Shown here piece after piece: positions 40,743 to 50,279 of a stretch of DNA of 64,000 bases. This stretch comes from Alkalispirochaeta sp. (GTDB lineage Bacteria; Spirochaetota; Spirochaetia; DSM-27196; Alkalispirochaetaceae): NCBI GenBank assembly GCA_965242725.1, contig CBDESZ010000006.1:32001-96000 (forward strand). The letters are read 5' to 3'. The position numbers and the translations under genes are program-made. A model generated the notes under the pieces. That model ran no database searches and was not told where the DNA came from. It saw nothing but the letters and a program-made list of their open reading frames with translations. Numbering within the stretch: the first letter of the stretch is position 1; every line of letters begins with the position of its first letter.

Positions 40743-41393
40743 ATGAAGATGACGGTGGAATTGCGGCGGTATAACGACGCGTCGTACTTCGTCGCTACCG
40801 ACGGCGATGGGAACGGTGTGTCAATCGACGGGTCTCCGGCCGTCGGGGGCCAGGGCCGCGTTTTAGGCGGCGCCATCCTCGGTCCACGGGAGATTATTGC
40901 CGACCTGCGCTTCTTCGCGCGTCAGACCGGTCCCGCGCTGTCGTCGTTCTATGCGTGGGTTCTCTCCAAGAGCCTGAAGACACTATCGATGCGATTGTAC
41001 CGACATTGTGAGAATGCCCACGCCGTGGCACGCTATCTCAGAAGTCACCACGCGGTGGAGCGCACGCGCTTTCCCTTCCTCGAGAGTCACCCGCAGTATG
41101 AGCTCGCCCGGCGACAGATGCGACACGGCGGCGGCCTTGTCACGATCGATATCGTCGGTGGGGAGGCGGCGGCGATGCGCTTCATCAACCGCTTGAAGGT
41201 GATCAGTCGCTCCGCGAACCTCGGAGATTCCCGATCGATCGCCACTCATCCCCGCACAACAACCCACTCAAAACTCGAGGAGGAGCAGCGACGGGTGCTG
41301 GGTATTCTTCCGGGTACGGTACGGCTTGCGATCGGGCTGGAGAACGGCGAGGACATCATCGCCGATATCGACCATGCCTTGGGGGAGGACTGA
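40743..41393 (+). pseudogene. Chimera of an OsmC-like N-terminus and the C-terminal half of a Cys/Met PLP enzyme (MetZ-like)
   Basis: IDGSPAVGGQG joined to RVLGG..SLKTLSMR..NLGDSRSIATHP..VRLAIGLE; the PLP-lysine region is absent. Confidence 0.75.
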
Positions 41394-41397
41394 GACA

Positions 41398-41808
41398 ATG
41401 TTCACCCTCTCCGCAAAGGCGATCTACGGTCTCACTGCGGTCGTGGAATTGGCACATCAATACCGCTCCGGGCCGGTGCAAATCCGGGACATCGCCTCCC
41501 GCCACGAGATCCCCCGACACTACCTTGAACAGATCCTAAATACCCTCAAGCGCAGTGAGTTGGTACGGAGCCATCGAGGCGCCCACGGTGGTTACGAACT
41601 CACGGCCCACCCCGACTCCATTAGCCTGCGGGCGGTGCTCACGGAATTGGAAGGACCACTCGCAGTGGCCCATGTAGGACCGGCCGCTTCGCTCCAACCG
41701 TTGTGGGACGATCTGGCGGCGCACATAGACGGCTTTCTCGCGCAGTCGCTGGATGATGTGATGCGGCGCCGGATCACCGGGCAGGTCGACCAAGATTTCA
41801 TCATTTGA
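41398..41808 (+). CDS. Rrf2-family regulator (Cys-less, CymR-like)
   Basis: YLEQIL..LKR..LVRSHRGAHGGYEL. Confidence 0.88.
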   Translation: MFTLSAKAIYGLTAVVELAHQYRSGPVQIRDIASRHEIPRHYLEQILNTLKRSELVRSHRGAHGGYELTAHPDSISLRAVLTELEGPLAVAHVGPAASLQPLWDDLAAHIDGFLAQSLDDVMRRRITGQVDQDFII

Positions 41809-41909
41809 CATCGGGCGCAAGGTTGACATGTGGCCGGCGCCAAGCTAAAGGGCTCCGAGTGTGAAAAAAGTTCGTGAGACGGTGAAACTATCCGGGCAAA
41901 CACGTTGCG

Positions 41910-42683
41910 CTACATCGTCAGACCCAACAAAGTCAGTAATTCGGTTCTCGTCTTCGTGTAGTCGGCGCTACTGCGGTCTCGCGGCCTGGACATCGCAATC
42001 GATAGGTCCGCCTTGAGGTGTGCGGGACGGGATGAGAGGACCATAACGCGGTCGGCCAGTGACAGCGCCTCGTCGACATCGTGGGTGACCATCACGATGG
42101 TCCGTCCCGACCCTTTCCATATTCGGAGAAGCTCTTCGTGCATCTGCATCCGGGTCATTGCATCCAGGGACCCGTAAGGCTCGTCCATGAGAAGGATTGC
42201 CGGCTGCATGACGAGTGCGCGCGCGATGGCCGTACGTTGTCGCATTCCCCCTGATAGTTGATGGGGATAGTACTCCTCAAATCCGCAGAGCCCCACTTGC
42301 TCGAGGACCTCACGGACGAGGCGGTGTGCCTCGTCCGTGTCCGCGTGGCGGTACTCGAGCCCCAAGGAAATGTTTCGGCGAACGGTACGCCACGGAAGAA
42401 GTCCGTCCTGCTGGAACACCATCGTTCGCTCGTGCGGGCCGAGATGGTCTGCGTCTCTGCCGCGCACCAGTAAGCGCCCCCCGCTGGGCTGTGAAAGGCC
42501 GGCCAGCAGGGACAGAAGCGTGCTCTTGCCACATCCGGACGGACCGAGAACGGCGACAAACTCGCCATCGGGAACGCGGAAAGACAGTGGACCAAGAACC
42601 ACGAGTGACCCGTACATCTTGGTTACCCCGTCCACCTGAAGTGCGTCGACAACCACTCGCTCTGCGGAATTAATCATTTCCAA
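41910..42683 (-). CDS. ABC ATPase (nitrate/sulfonate/taurine family)
   Basis: GPSGCGKS, LSGGMRQR, MDEP and VTHD. Confidence 0.92.
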   Translation of the reverse strand: MEMINSAERVVVDALQVDGVTKMYGSLVVLGPLSFRVPDGEFVAVLGPSGCGKSTLLSLLAGLSQPSGGRLLVRGRDADHLGPHERTMVFQQDGLLPWRTVRRNISLGLEYRHADTDEAHRLVREVLEQVGLCGFEEYYPHQLSGGMRQRTAIARALVMQPAILLMDEPYGSLDAMTRMQMHEELLRIWKGSGRTIVMVTHDVDEALSLADRVMVLSSRPAHLKADLSIAMSRPRDRSSADYTKTRTELLTLLGLTM

Positions 42684-43398
42684 CGTACCTCCATCGCAGC
42701 AGCCGGTGTTTTATCCACTCGAGTACAATTCGGTCGATGATAGCCGCAATAACACCGATAACTACGATGTGCGCGAGAGCGCCCGCCATATCGGCGATTT
42801 CCGCGGCAAAGGTGATAGACCATCCCAGACCAACGCCTACGCCCGCGACCATTTCCGAAGCCACAAGGGCGCGCCACGCGTTACCAAAGGCAATCTGCGT
42901 TCCGGTCACGGCGGCGGGAAACACCTCGGGAAGGTAAACTGTACGCAGAGTCTGTCGGCGTGAAGCCCCCAGAATCCGCGCAACTTTCAAATGGAGAGCG
43001 TCCACGTGTTCCGCGGCACTCATGACGCTTTGGATGAGGGGATAGAAGCTCGCCAGCGCGACGACAATGATGATAGGGGCATCGCCGAACCCTGTGAGTA
43101 TTACCAGAAGCGGTACCCAGGTTATCGGCGGTATCGATTGCAGTACTGAGACCAGGGCGCGTAGATAGCTACGAAGCGAGTTGGAGAGTCCGGAGGCAAG
43201 GCCCAGGCTTGTGCCCAAAATTATGGCAACGGCAAACCCGACGCCGATACGATAGAAACTCACCATGAGGGCCTCTGCAAACTCCCGCGTTCCGAGCACC
43301 GTGGCAAGCCGACGAGCGACCTCCGCCACTCCCGGAAGCAGGAACGAAGGAAAGAACGCAGCGGCCGTCTGCCACGTGACGAGAATCGTACCTGCCAC
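42670..43398 (-). CDS. ABC permease (SsuC/TauC-like); start uncertain
   Basis: IPPITWVPL, ARILGAS loop and AWRALVASEM. Confidence 0.88.
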   Translation of the reverse strand: MAGTILVTWQTAAAFFPSFLLPGVAEVARRLATVLGTREFAEALMVSFYRIGVGFAVAIILGTSLGLASGLSNSLRSYLRALVSVLQSIPPITWVPLLVILTGFGDAPIIIVVALASFYPLIQSVMSAAEHVDALHLKVARILGASRRQTLRTVYLPEVFPAAVTGTQIAFGNAWRALVASEMVAGVGVGLGWSITFAAEIADMAGALAHIVVIGVIAAIIDRIVLEWIKHRLLRWRYVGND

Positions 43399-43427
43399 CG
43401 CAAGGTACGCGACGACTATCCGTCGCG

Positions 43428-44411
43428 CTATCGGATTGCCTGCTGCCAGGACATATCGAGGAGCTGTTCAAGATCGACGCGCTGTGCGAGCAAACCTTCA
43501 TCGTGCATCATCTCTTCGACCTCCTTAATACGCTCCAAATCCTCCGAGGTTAGACGCCAGCTGAAGGTGTTTGCTTCGATCGCCTCCGCGACAACACGAC
43601 GTGCCGGAACCGGCCCCGACGGTGTCTCCAACGTTTCTTCGGCCATGAAATAGTGTGTGATCATGCCGGCCGCTTGGTTGGGATCCCCTTCCAGAAGCGC
43701 GATCGCTTCCTTTTGAGCTTCCAGCACGGATTCGATAGTGCTGCGATTCTCCTGCCAGGTTTCGGCGGAGGTGATTACCACCATGCAGGGGAACGGCCAG
43801 TAATCTCCAACTTCGGCAATCTCTCGCACGGGGGCCGTATACCTGGCAATCCGGGCGTAGGGTTCAAAAAGGAACGCCGCGTCAACGCCACCGCTCACGA
43901 GGGCCTGCACTGCGACGGCGGGCGATACGTGGCGCATGTTGAGGTCTCTTTTGGACAAACCGGAATCCGCAAGTAAGACGTTGCTCAGCACAATATCGGC
44001 CGTGGAGCCCTGTTTCTGCGAGGCGAGCTCTCGACCATGCAACTCCGACACGTCGGTTATTCCGGTATCACGTCTCGCAAGCAGGGAGTGGTACCCTCGT
44101 TGCGCGCCTCCGACAATGCGCAAGCTCGCACCGCGGGATGCCCAGGTAAGGGCGTTGGTAAAACCAAGAACGCCGACATCGATTCTGCCTCCCACAATGG
44201 CCTTGACCATGTCGGTGCCGCTTGCGAATTGAGTCAGCCGGGGCTCCAGGCCTCGGTCGCCGTAAAAGCCGCCCTCGTACGCCACGAGAACTGAGGCATC
44301 ATCCATGACATTTACATAACCGATTCGAACAGGCTCTCCGAAAAGCACCCCGCCGGTGACTGTCAGGAACAAAATCCCGAGGACAACCCCGATACTCCTT
44401 TTCCCAACCAT
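43428..44411 (-). CDS. ABC substrate-binding protein (SsuA/NrtA-like)
   Basis: Signal peptide, VRIGY, GSTAD and VDAAFLFEP. Confidence 0.85.
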   Translation of the reverse strand: MVGKRSIGVVLGILFLTVTGGVLFGEPVRIGYVNVMDDASVLVAYEGGFYGDRGLEPRLTQFASGTDMVKAIVGGRIDVGVLGFTNALTWASRGASLRIVGGAQRGYHSLLARRDTGITDVSELHGRELASQKQGSTADIVLSNVLLADSGLSKRDLNMRHVSPAVAVQALVSGGVDAAFLFEPYARIARYTAPVREIAEVGDYWPFPCMVVITSAETWQENRSTIESVLEAQKEAIALLEGDPNQAAGMITHYFMAEETLETPSGPVPARRVVAEAIEANTFSWRLTSEDLERIKEVEEMMHDEGLLAQRVDLEQLLDMSWQQAIR

Positions 44412-44868
44412 AGTACGCTCCTTAATTCGGTGAATGCATTGAGCATCACTGACTTGGTTTTGGATAGATACTATACTTTGTAACATTAGTTAGTCAACTT
44501 TAAGACCCTGCATTCGTGTCTTCTACAATGCTGCGGGCTTGCAACTCGAGATCACTTTTCCACGAAGGTGCCTCAGCTCCCGAGTAAGTGAGGGGAAGCG
44601 CAAGGAGTTCCAGTCTATCGCCTGCGCGGTTAGGGAACCGGCTCCGGTTACCAGGGAGCTTCTCGTTTCAGATGTCCTTGAGGGGGGGTGCGGGAACATC
44701 GTTTTCTCACGCCGCCCGGTATTGCATCTCTTGAGAAGATGACGGGAACTCGAGGTGTGGTAGATCCTGAGGAAGGACGCCTCATACGTGGCGTGACCGA
44801 GGACGTCCCTATCGAATCGCCGGTTTCGGTATATGTGAACCTCTTCGAAGCGATGTGCCGCCGCGATT

Positions 44869-44922
44869 GTCATCTGTTCGTAATAAGCCTGTCATTCTAC
44901 GTTCACCTTGAGCTGCTACATT
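44869..44922 (+). promoter_or_regulatory. OmpR-type 11-bp direct-repeat promoter
   Basis: GTCAT/GTAAT/GTCAT/TTCAC at 44869/44880/44891/44902, then 10 nt, then TACATT. Confidence 0.7.
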
Positions 44923-45523
44923 CTCAATCGTTGACGGCGAGACCTGAAGACCGCCGCGATAAATACCAAATTTGGAGGACGATTTATGAATAATCGGACA
45001 CTTTTAGTCGCCGTATTGCTGACGGCAGTTGTATTTGGAGCCTTCGCACAAGTCGACGGGCACAATCGGAGTGTCGAAGACGTGGAGGCGGAAATTCGGA
45101 CCACCCTGGGCTTGAGTAGCGAGGAGAGAATCAATCCGGACGCGGTTCCCGAGGAACTGCTCATCGTCCTCGGTGACGCGGTAATGGGAGCCTATGTAGG
45201 TGACCCTGAGCGGCACGAATGGATGGACGAGATGATGGGAGGCGAAGGTTCGAGCTCTCTGGATGCCGCACATCGGTGGATGGCGTATCGGTATTTAACC
45301 GGCGGATATGCCACGGCGGGAGGAATGGGATACGGCATGATGGGCGGTGGAATGATGGGTACCGCCGGCATGATGGGCGGCGGTTGGGGCCTCATGGGCA
45401 ACCCCGACATGATGTACGAGGGGATTCCGTACGGTTCACCGGAAGAGGTGCTCAAACGCCGCTATGCGGCCGGGGAGATTTCGCGTCGGGAATTCCGGCG
45501 AATGCTTCGCGAGATCGAATAGA
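44903..45523 (+). repeat. About 620-bp direct repeat, copy 2
   Basis: Near-identical to 35421-36041. Confidence 0.95.
44986..45522 (+). CDS. Exported His/Met/Gly-rich SHOCT-domain protein, copy 2
   Basis: Protein identical to 35504-36040. Confidence 0.85.
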   Translation: MNNRTLLVAVLLTAVVFGAFAQVDGHNRSVEDVEAEIRTTLGLSSEERINPDAVPEELLIVLGDAVMGAYVGDPERHEWMDEMMGGEGSSSLDAAHRWMAYRYLTGGYATAGGMGYGMMGGGMMGTAGMMGGGWGLMGNPDMMYEGIPYGSPEEVLKRRYAAGEISRREFRRMLREIE

Positions 45524-45592
45524 ATTCAGCACGGACGGGGCCTGCGGGATGGCTTTATTGCCACCCCCGCGGGTCGCGACAGAGGAGGTAGT

Positions 45593-46258
45593 ATGGGTGA
45601 ACAAAGCGATATCGTACGGAAACGATATAATAGAATTGCTCCGCTCTACGATCTTATGGAAAGACCGATGGAGAGTCATGGCACCCAATGGAGAGACGAG
45701 CTTCTCCAAGAAGCTCACGGGCGGGTGCTGGAAGTCGGCGTGGGCACGGGGAAGAACCTGGCGAGCTATCCCAAAGGGGTTCACGTAACCGGGATCGATT
45801 TCAGCTCCGGTATGATTGCACGGGCTCGCGAGCGAGTGCGGGAGCTTGGGCTTACAAATGTCACACTTATCGAGATGGATGCTGAGCAAATGGAGTTTTC
45901 GGACGACAGTTTTGACACGGTCGTAACGACCTGTGTCTTTTGCTCGGTGCCGGTTCCGATCAAAGGATTGGAGGAGATCCATCGCGTCTGCAGGCCGGAA
46001 GGAAAGGTGCTCATGCTCGAGCACGTTCGGAGTAAGGGTGCAATTCTCGGTCCAATAATGGATTTTCTGAACCCGCTCCCATTGCATCTCTACGGTGCCA
46101 ATATCAACCGACGGACCGTCGAAAATCTTCGCCTGGCCGGATTCAAGGACATTGAGGTCACCGACCTTTGGAAAGACATCATGAAACGGATCGTCGCTCG
46201 CCCGTACAAGACATCGGATAAATCGTTTGACTTTATATGGGAGGTTACAAATGCGTAA
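45593..46258 (+). CDS. Class I SAM-dependent methyltransferase
   Basis: VLEVGVGTG, GIDFS and CVFCSVP; GAGGAGG RBS. Confidence 0.88.
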   Translation: MGEQSDIVRKRYNRIAPLYDLMERPMESHGTQWRDELLQEAHGRVLEVGVGTGKNLASYPKGVHVTGIDFSSGMIARARERVRELGLTNVTLIEMDAEQMEFSDDSFDTVVTTCVFCSVPVPIKGLEEIHRVCRPEGKVLMLEHVRSKGAILGPIMDFLNPLPLHLYGANINRRTVENLRLAGFKDIEVTDLWKDIMKRIVARPYKTSDKSFDFIWEVTNA

Positions 46259-47303
46259 AATATTTTCAATAACGGTATCCATCTCGTTAGTGCTATTAAT
46301 AGGTGTCGGCAGTTTGTTCGCGGCGGGCCGCGCGGAAGAGAGTGCACCGGCAGGAACTCCGACGATCGGCGTCGTCCACATCACCTTTGGCCCGTCTTAT
46401 TGGTTTAGCGGGGTGGAGTATGCGAGCTTCGGCGCAGCCTATCGGGAGCAGTGGCGCCGCCTCTCGGAGGAGGAGAATTTCAAACTCATCCAAGTGGAGG
46501 CAGGCGTCACGGCATACGATCTCGAATTCGCAACCCGGCGTCTCATCGACCTCGGGGTCGATGCGATTCTGCTCTTTCAACACGATCCGTATGCTGCGGG
46601 TCAGGCGGTACAGCTTGCCCAGGAGGCCGGTATTCCCGTCGCCATACACGGCATCAGGCCGGCATCGGGAATCAAGGCTCCTTATGTGGGTTTCTCGGAG
46701 TACGAAACGTGCAGGCTCCTGGGTCAAATCGCGGCGGAACGGTTTACCGAGCAAACGCCGGGTGTGATTCCCCGCGTTCTGGTGCTGAACAATAGGACGG
46801 TGGAACGTGATGTCAATCGAGAGCGGGGGTTCCTCGACGGTTTCCGGTCCCGCGTCCCGGACGTTGAAATAATCCAAGCCCCGGAAGATAGCGGTACTCT
46901 GGAAAGCGCCCTGCGAGTAGCCGAGGTAGCGTTCTTCAACAATCCGGAAATCAACATGGTCTATGCCACTAGCGACGAGCGTGCCTTCGGCGTGATGCAG
47001 GCGTTGAATAACGCGAATATCGCTCCGGCGGAGGTCGGCATAGTCGCCGTCGGCGGCGGCGAACGCGCCATGAAAAACGTCCTTCAACAACATAATTGGT
47101 GGGCACAAGTCGGTCTCAATGTTCGCGGCGTCGCCGAAAAATCGTACGAAGTACTGTCGATGATGATGGCAGGCGACATTCCTTTTGGGAGCGAGCGGGA
47201 GATTCTGGTGGACTCGCCGATTTTTGTTGATCCGTCGGTCGCGGAGGTGCGGGCCTATCTTCAAAACAATCACGGAATCGAAGCTCCTGACCTGACAAAG
47301 TAA
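46251..47303 (+). CDS. Periplasmic sugar-binding-type protein, orphan
   Basis: Paralog of 29653-30711 (shared FKLIQVEAGVTA..LEFATRRL and RGVAEKSYEVL). Confidence 0.75.
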   Translation: MRKIFSITVSISLVLLIGVGSLFAAGRAEESAPAGTPTIGVVHITFGPSYWFSGVEYASFGAAYREQWRRLSEEENFKLIQVEAGVTAYDLEFATRRLIDLGVDAILLFQHDPYAAGQAVQLAQEAGIPVAIHGIRPASGIKAPYVGFSEYETCRLLGQIAAERFTEQTPGVIPRVLVLNNRTVERDVNRERGFLDGFRSRVPDVEIIQAPEDSGTLESALRVAEVAFFNNPEINMVYATSDERAFGVMQALNNANIAPAEVGIVAVGGGERAMKNVLQQHNWWAQVGLNVRGVAEKSYEVLSMMMAGDIPFGSEREILVDSPIFVDPSVAEVRAYLQNNHGIEAPDLTK

Positions 47304-47310
47304 CACAATC

Positions 47311-49221
47311 TCACGGTGACGCGGATTGATACGCCAGCATACATTCCTCCGAGCAGAAGTAGTGCGTACGATCGGAGCTCTCGAGAACAAAGGGATTGCC
47401 CGTTTGATGCACTACCATACCGCAGACCGGGTCCATTGCTCCGTCGGAAATTCCGGTCGTCCGCACTTCGATATCCGAAACGGTTGGGACGCTCGTCCCG
47501 GTATTCCTGAGTATCTCGCTGACTTCTGCGGCGGTACTCACCGATACGCAGCGATTCGCGATTGTCCGAAACCGGTCCTCGGAGCCTTCCGGTACCGCGC
47601 GCCGTACCGCGTCCACCGCATGGACATCTACGCTGAGATCTGAAAAACCGAGGCCGAAAAGCAGCGGGACCATGTCGGGATCCGAGGCGATCTCTCCACA
47701 GAGCGTCACCGGAACGGACGCGGCCTTCGCAGACTCGACGATGTGTGCCAGAGCCCGCAACGCGGTGGGGTGGTAAGGTCGGTAGAGGTGGCCCACATTC
47801 CCGTTTGTACGGTCTACGGCAAAGTGGTACTGCAGCAGATCGTTGGTGCCGACGCTGACAAAATCGACCTTGTCATAAATCTCCTGCAGTGTCCAAAGAA
47901 TGGAAGGGACCTCCAACAATACACCCTGCTTGAAATCACGCCGATACGGCGTCCCTTCAGCGTCGAGCTGTGCCCGTGCCTCGCCTACTAGGGAGAGTAC
48001 CGCGTCGAGATCGTCGACGGTTTCTATCATCGGAAAAAGCAGTCGGAGCTCCCCGCATTCAAGACCCGCCCGAAGGATGGCCTTCGTTTGCGTAATCAAT
48101 ATCTCCGGATGATAGGCGTAAATGCGATGCGCCCGAAGACCGAGGAAGGGGTTTTCCTGAGGACCGAGGGAAAAGAAGGAGAGACTCTTATCTCCGCCGA
48201 CATCGAAGGTCCGGATTGTGACCGGAGAGGCGGGCCACTCCCGGCAGAGTGTGCGGTATTCCCGGTACTGCTGCTCTTCCGTCGGAAAGCCTTCCGCTCG
48301 GGTCAGGAGGAACTCGCTCCTGTAGAGGCCTATCCCGGCGATGCGCCCATCTTTGTCCGTCGACGATGCGTGGGTATCCACTACATTTAGGTAGACCGAG
48401 AGAGGCGAGGCCACGCTTCCACCTATGTCCGTTTTCTCCACTTCAATCCACTCTTCGATTTCCGGGTCCTTTAGCCCCAGTATGAGCCGCCCATTCGTGG
48501 TGTCTACGACAACCCGACTGCCGGCTACCTCCCTGAGGGACTCAACCCCGGCAACTCTGAGTACCGGTATGCCGAAGGCCTTCGCCATGATCGCGGCGTG
48601 GGAGAGGGGGGTTCCCGTTGCCGCAATAATCGCTTTCACCCCCGCGTCCTTTGCCTCGAGAACCTCAGTCACCAGAAGCTCCTGGGTAACGAACACCGGG
48701 GCCTCCACATCGCAGACCGTCGAAAGTACGTCCTCCCGCTTTTGCCCGTCTAACCCTTCACGAAGCCGGCGGTGCAGATCCTCGATGTCGGAGGCTTTCT
48801 CCCTGGTTATCTCGTGACCGGAGCGTTGTAACCGGGTCTTGACCGATCCGAAAACTTCCGCAACCGCGCTCTCCGCCGTCGCGTCTTCTTCTTCGATCCT
48901 CTTTCTGACCTGCTCCCGAAGTCCCTCATCTTTAAGAAGAAGGATGTGAGTCCGGAGGATATCGGCCTCGGAACCAAACCCTTCCGCTCGAAGTATCTCC
49001 TCGGTAGATGCAATCTCCGCCTCCAGTAACGACATTTGCCTCTCTACGCGAGCGAACTCCGAAGCGTACGGCGCCTGAGCCGCGATCCGCCCGTTGTCGG
49101 GCGCCTGATGCGGTCGTGGTACGTCTCGAAAACAGATCGTGCCGGAAACCACCGGCGCCGTTGAAATCGGTATTCCCGCAAGGAACCTTACCCTGCCTTT
49201 GTCGTCTTCAGTCATCGTCAT
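47311..49221 (-). CDS. PTS Enzyme I-like PEP phosphotransferase fused to a C-terminal YHS/TRASH domain
   Basis: SHAAIMAK phospho-His, GIGLYRSEF, RTFDVGGDK, ENPFLGLR, SVGTNDL and LCGE; C-terminal DPVCGM..HYFCSEEC. Confidence 0.9.
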   Translation of the reverse strand: MTMTEDDKGRVRFLAGIPISTAPVVSGTICFRDVPRPHQAPDNGRIAAQAPYASEFARVERQMSLLEAEIASTEEILRAEGFGSEADILRTHILLLKDEGLREQVRKRIEEEDATAESAVAEVFGSVKTRLQRSGHEITREKASDIEDLHRRLREGLDGQKREDVLSTVCDVEAPVFVTQELLVTEVLEAKDAGVKAIIAATGTPLSHAAIMAKAFGIPVLRVAGVESLREVAGSRVVVDTTNGRLILGLKDPEIEEWIEVEKTDIGGSVASPLSVYLNVVDTHASSTDKDGRIAGIGLYRSEFLLTRAEGFPTEEQQYREYRTLCREWPASPVTIRTFDVGGDKSLSFFSLGPQENPFLGLRAHRIYAYHPEILITQTKAILRAGLECGELRLLFPMIETVDDLDAVLSLVGEARAQLDAEGTPYRRDFKQGVLLEVPSILWTLQEIYDKVDFVSVGTNDLLQYHFAVDRTNGNVGHLYRPYHPTALRALAHIVESAKAASVPVTLCGEIASDPDMVPLLFGLGFSDLSVDVHAVDAVRRAVPEGSEDRFRTIANRCVSVSTAAEVSEILRNTGTSVPTVSDIEVRTTGISDGAMDPVCGMVVHQTGNPFVLESSDRTHYFCSEECMLAYQSASP

Positions 49222-49238
49222 TACCCCTTTCTCGAAAC

Positions 49239-49364
49239 AGAGTATCAGTGACAGGTGACCGCAAGGTGACGAGTTTATTACAAATGTATGACAGCGCAGA
49301 GTTATATAGCGTCATCAAATTGCAATACGGTCGTTATATCTGCGTAATGCCGCTCTTTTATACT
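49239..49364. promoter_or_regulatory. Back-to-back pair of OmpR-type 11-bp repeat promoters
   Basis: Minus: GTCAT/GTAAT/GTCAC/GTCAC (49292-49255), 10 nt, TACTCT. Plus: GTCAT/GCAAT/GTTAT/GTAAT (49311-49348), 10 nt, TATACT. Confidence 0.72.
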
Positions 49365-49421
49365 CCGCATAAATGTAGGCTGTTTGGAGCCGCAATAGCA
49401 CTCAATGGAGGAAATTGCTAT

Positions 49422-50063
49422 ATGAATATGGACACCATGAACCAGTACGGGAAATTCCGCGCGACGTCGCACCGTGCCGCGCTCTTCGCGCTTATTCTGA
49501 CGACCATGATCGGAGCGCCGACGGTCTTCTCCCTCCCCTTCGGTCATATGGGATTGGCCAATCACCGTTCCACGGGATACATAGGACCCTCGATCGGTAT
49601 GTCGCCGGTTGAATCCGGCCCGGCCACCTGGGTCGGTCTCCGAGGGGGGTGGGAGTTTGATCACGCCGTCGCCGTGGGTGTAACGGGTAATTGGCTTCTA
49701 AGCAACATCGAGGAAGAGACCGGAAACAGCGCCAACCTCGGTTACGGAGGAATAGAGTTTCGGACGTTTCTATTGTCCCAGGCCCCGGTCTCCCTCGCCT
49801 TCGATTTAACAATCGGGGCCGGTTCCGTGGGAAGCGGCGTTCATTTCATGGGGGGAGGTCACCACGATTCCGACGAGGAGTCCGACGGCTTTTTCGTGGT
49901 CGAGCCGGAGCTGCAGTTGGTGTTTCGGGCGAATCGTTTCGTTCGCCTCGAATTGGGAGCCGGATACTTTATCACCAGCGGCGTCGACGTACCGGGAATT
50001 AACGATGGGGACTTGAGTGGGCCAAAGGCGACGCTATCCATGAGCTTTGGAGACTGGCTATAG
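49422..50063 (+). CDS. Small outer-membrane beta-barrel protein with His/Met loop
   Basis: GGAGG RBS, signal peptide, amphipathic strands, HFMGGGHHD and FFVVEPEL. Confidence 0.65.
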   Translation: MNMDTMNQYGKFRATSHRAALFALILTTMIGAPTVFSLPFGHMGLANHRSTGYIGPSIGMSPVESGPATWVGLRGGWEFDHAVAVGVTGNWLLSNIEEETGNSANLGYGGIEFRTFLLSQAPVSLAFDLTIGAGSVGSGVHFMGGGHHDSDEESDGFFVVEPELQLVFRANRFVRLELGAGYFITSGVDVPGINDGDLSGPKATLSMSFGDWL

Positions 50064-50134
50064 GAGCCCTCTCAGGACACGTGATACTCACCGCTGTTAG
50101 GTATAAATTCGTTCTACCGTGAGGCATTCTTCAC

Positions 50135-50159
50135 ATACCATAGAGTGGTAGGGTATAAT
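50135..50159 (+). promoter_or_regulatory. CsoR-type operator overlapping TATAAT upstream of gap-ldh
   Basis: ATACCATAGAGTGGTAGGGTATAAT, close match to the 29464 site. Confidence 0.7.
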
Positions 50160-50279
50160 CGGCGATGCGCTTTGGTTGATTCGGGCGCCGTATGCGACGG
50201 CCTGTGGCCGGCGGGACGCGTGACCGATTTTAGAATTGGAAGTCTGTTCATTAAAAGCTAATTTTAGAAGGAGGACCGT

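Noticed and set aside
44500..44530. TTAAGACCCT match to the IS3 right-end region
   Set aside because: Only about 10 bp, with no terminal repeat or transposase remnant
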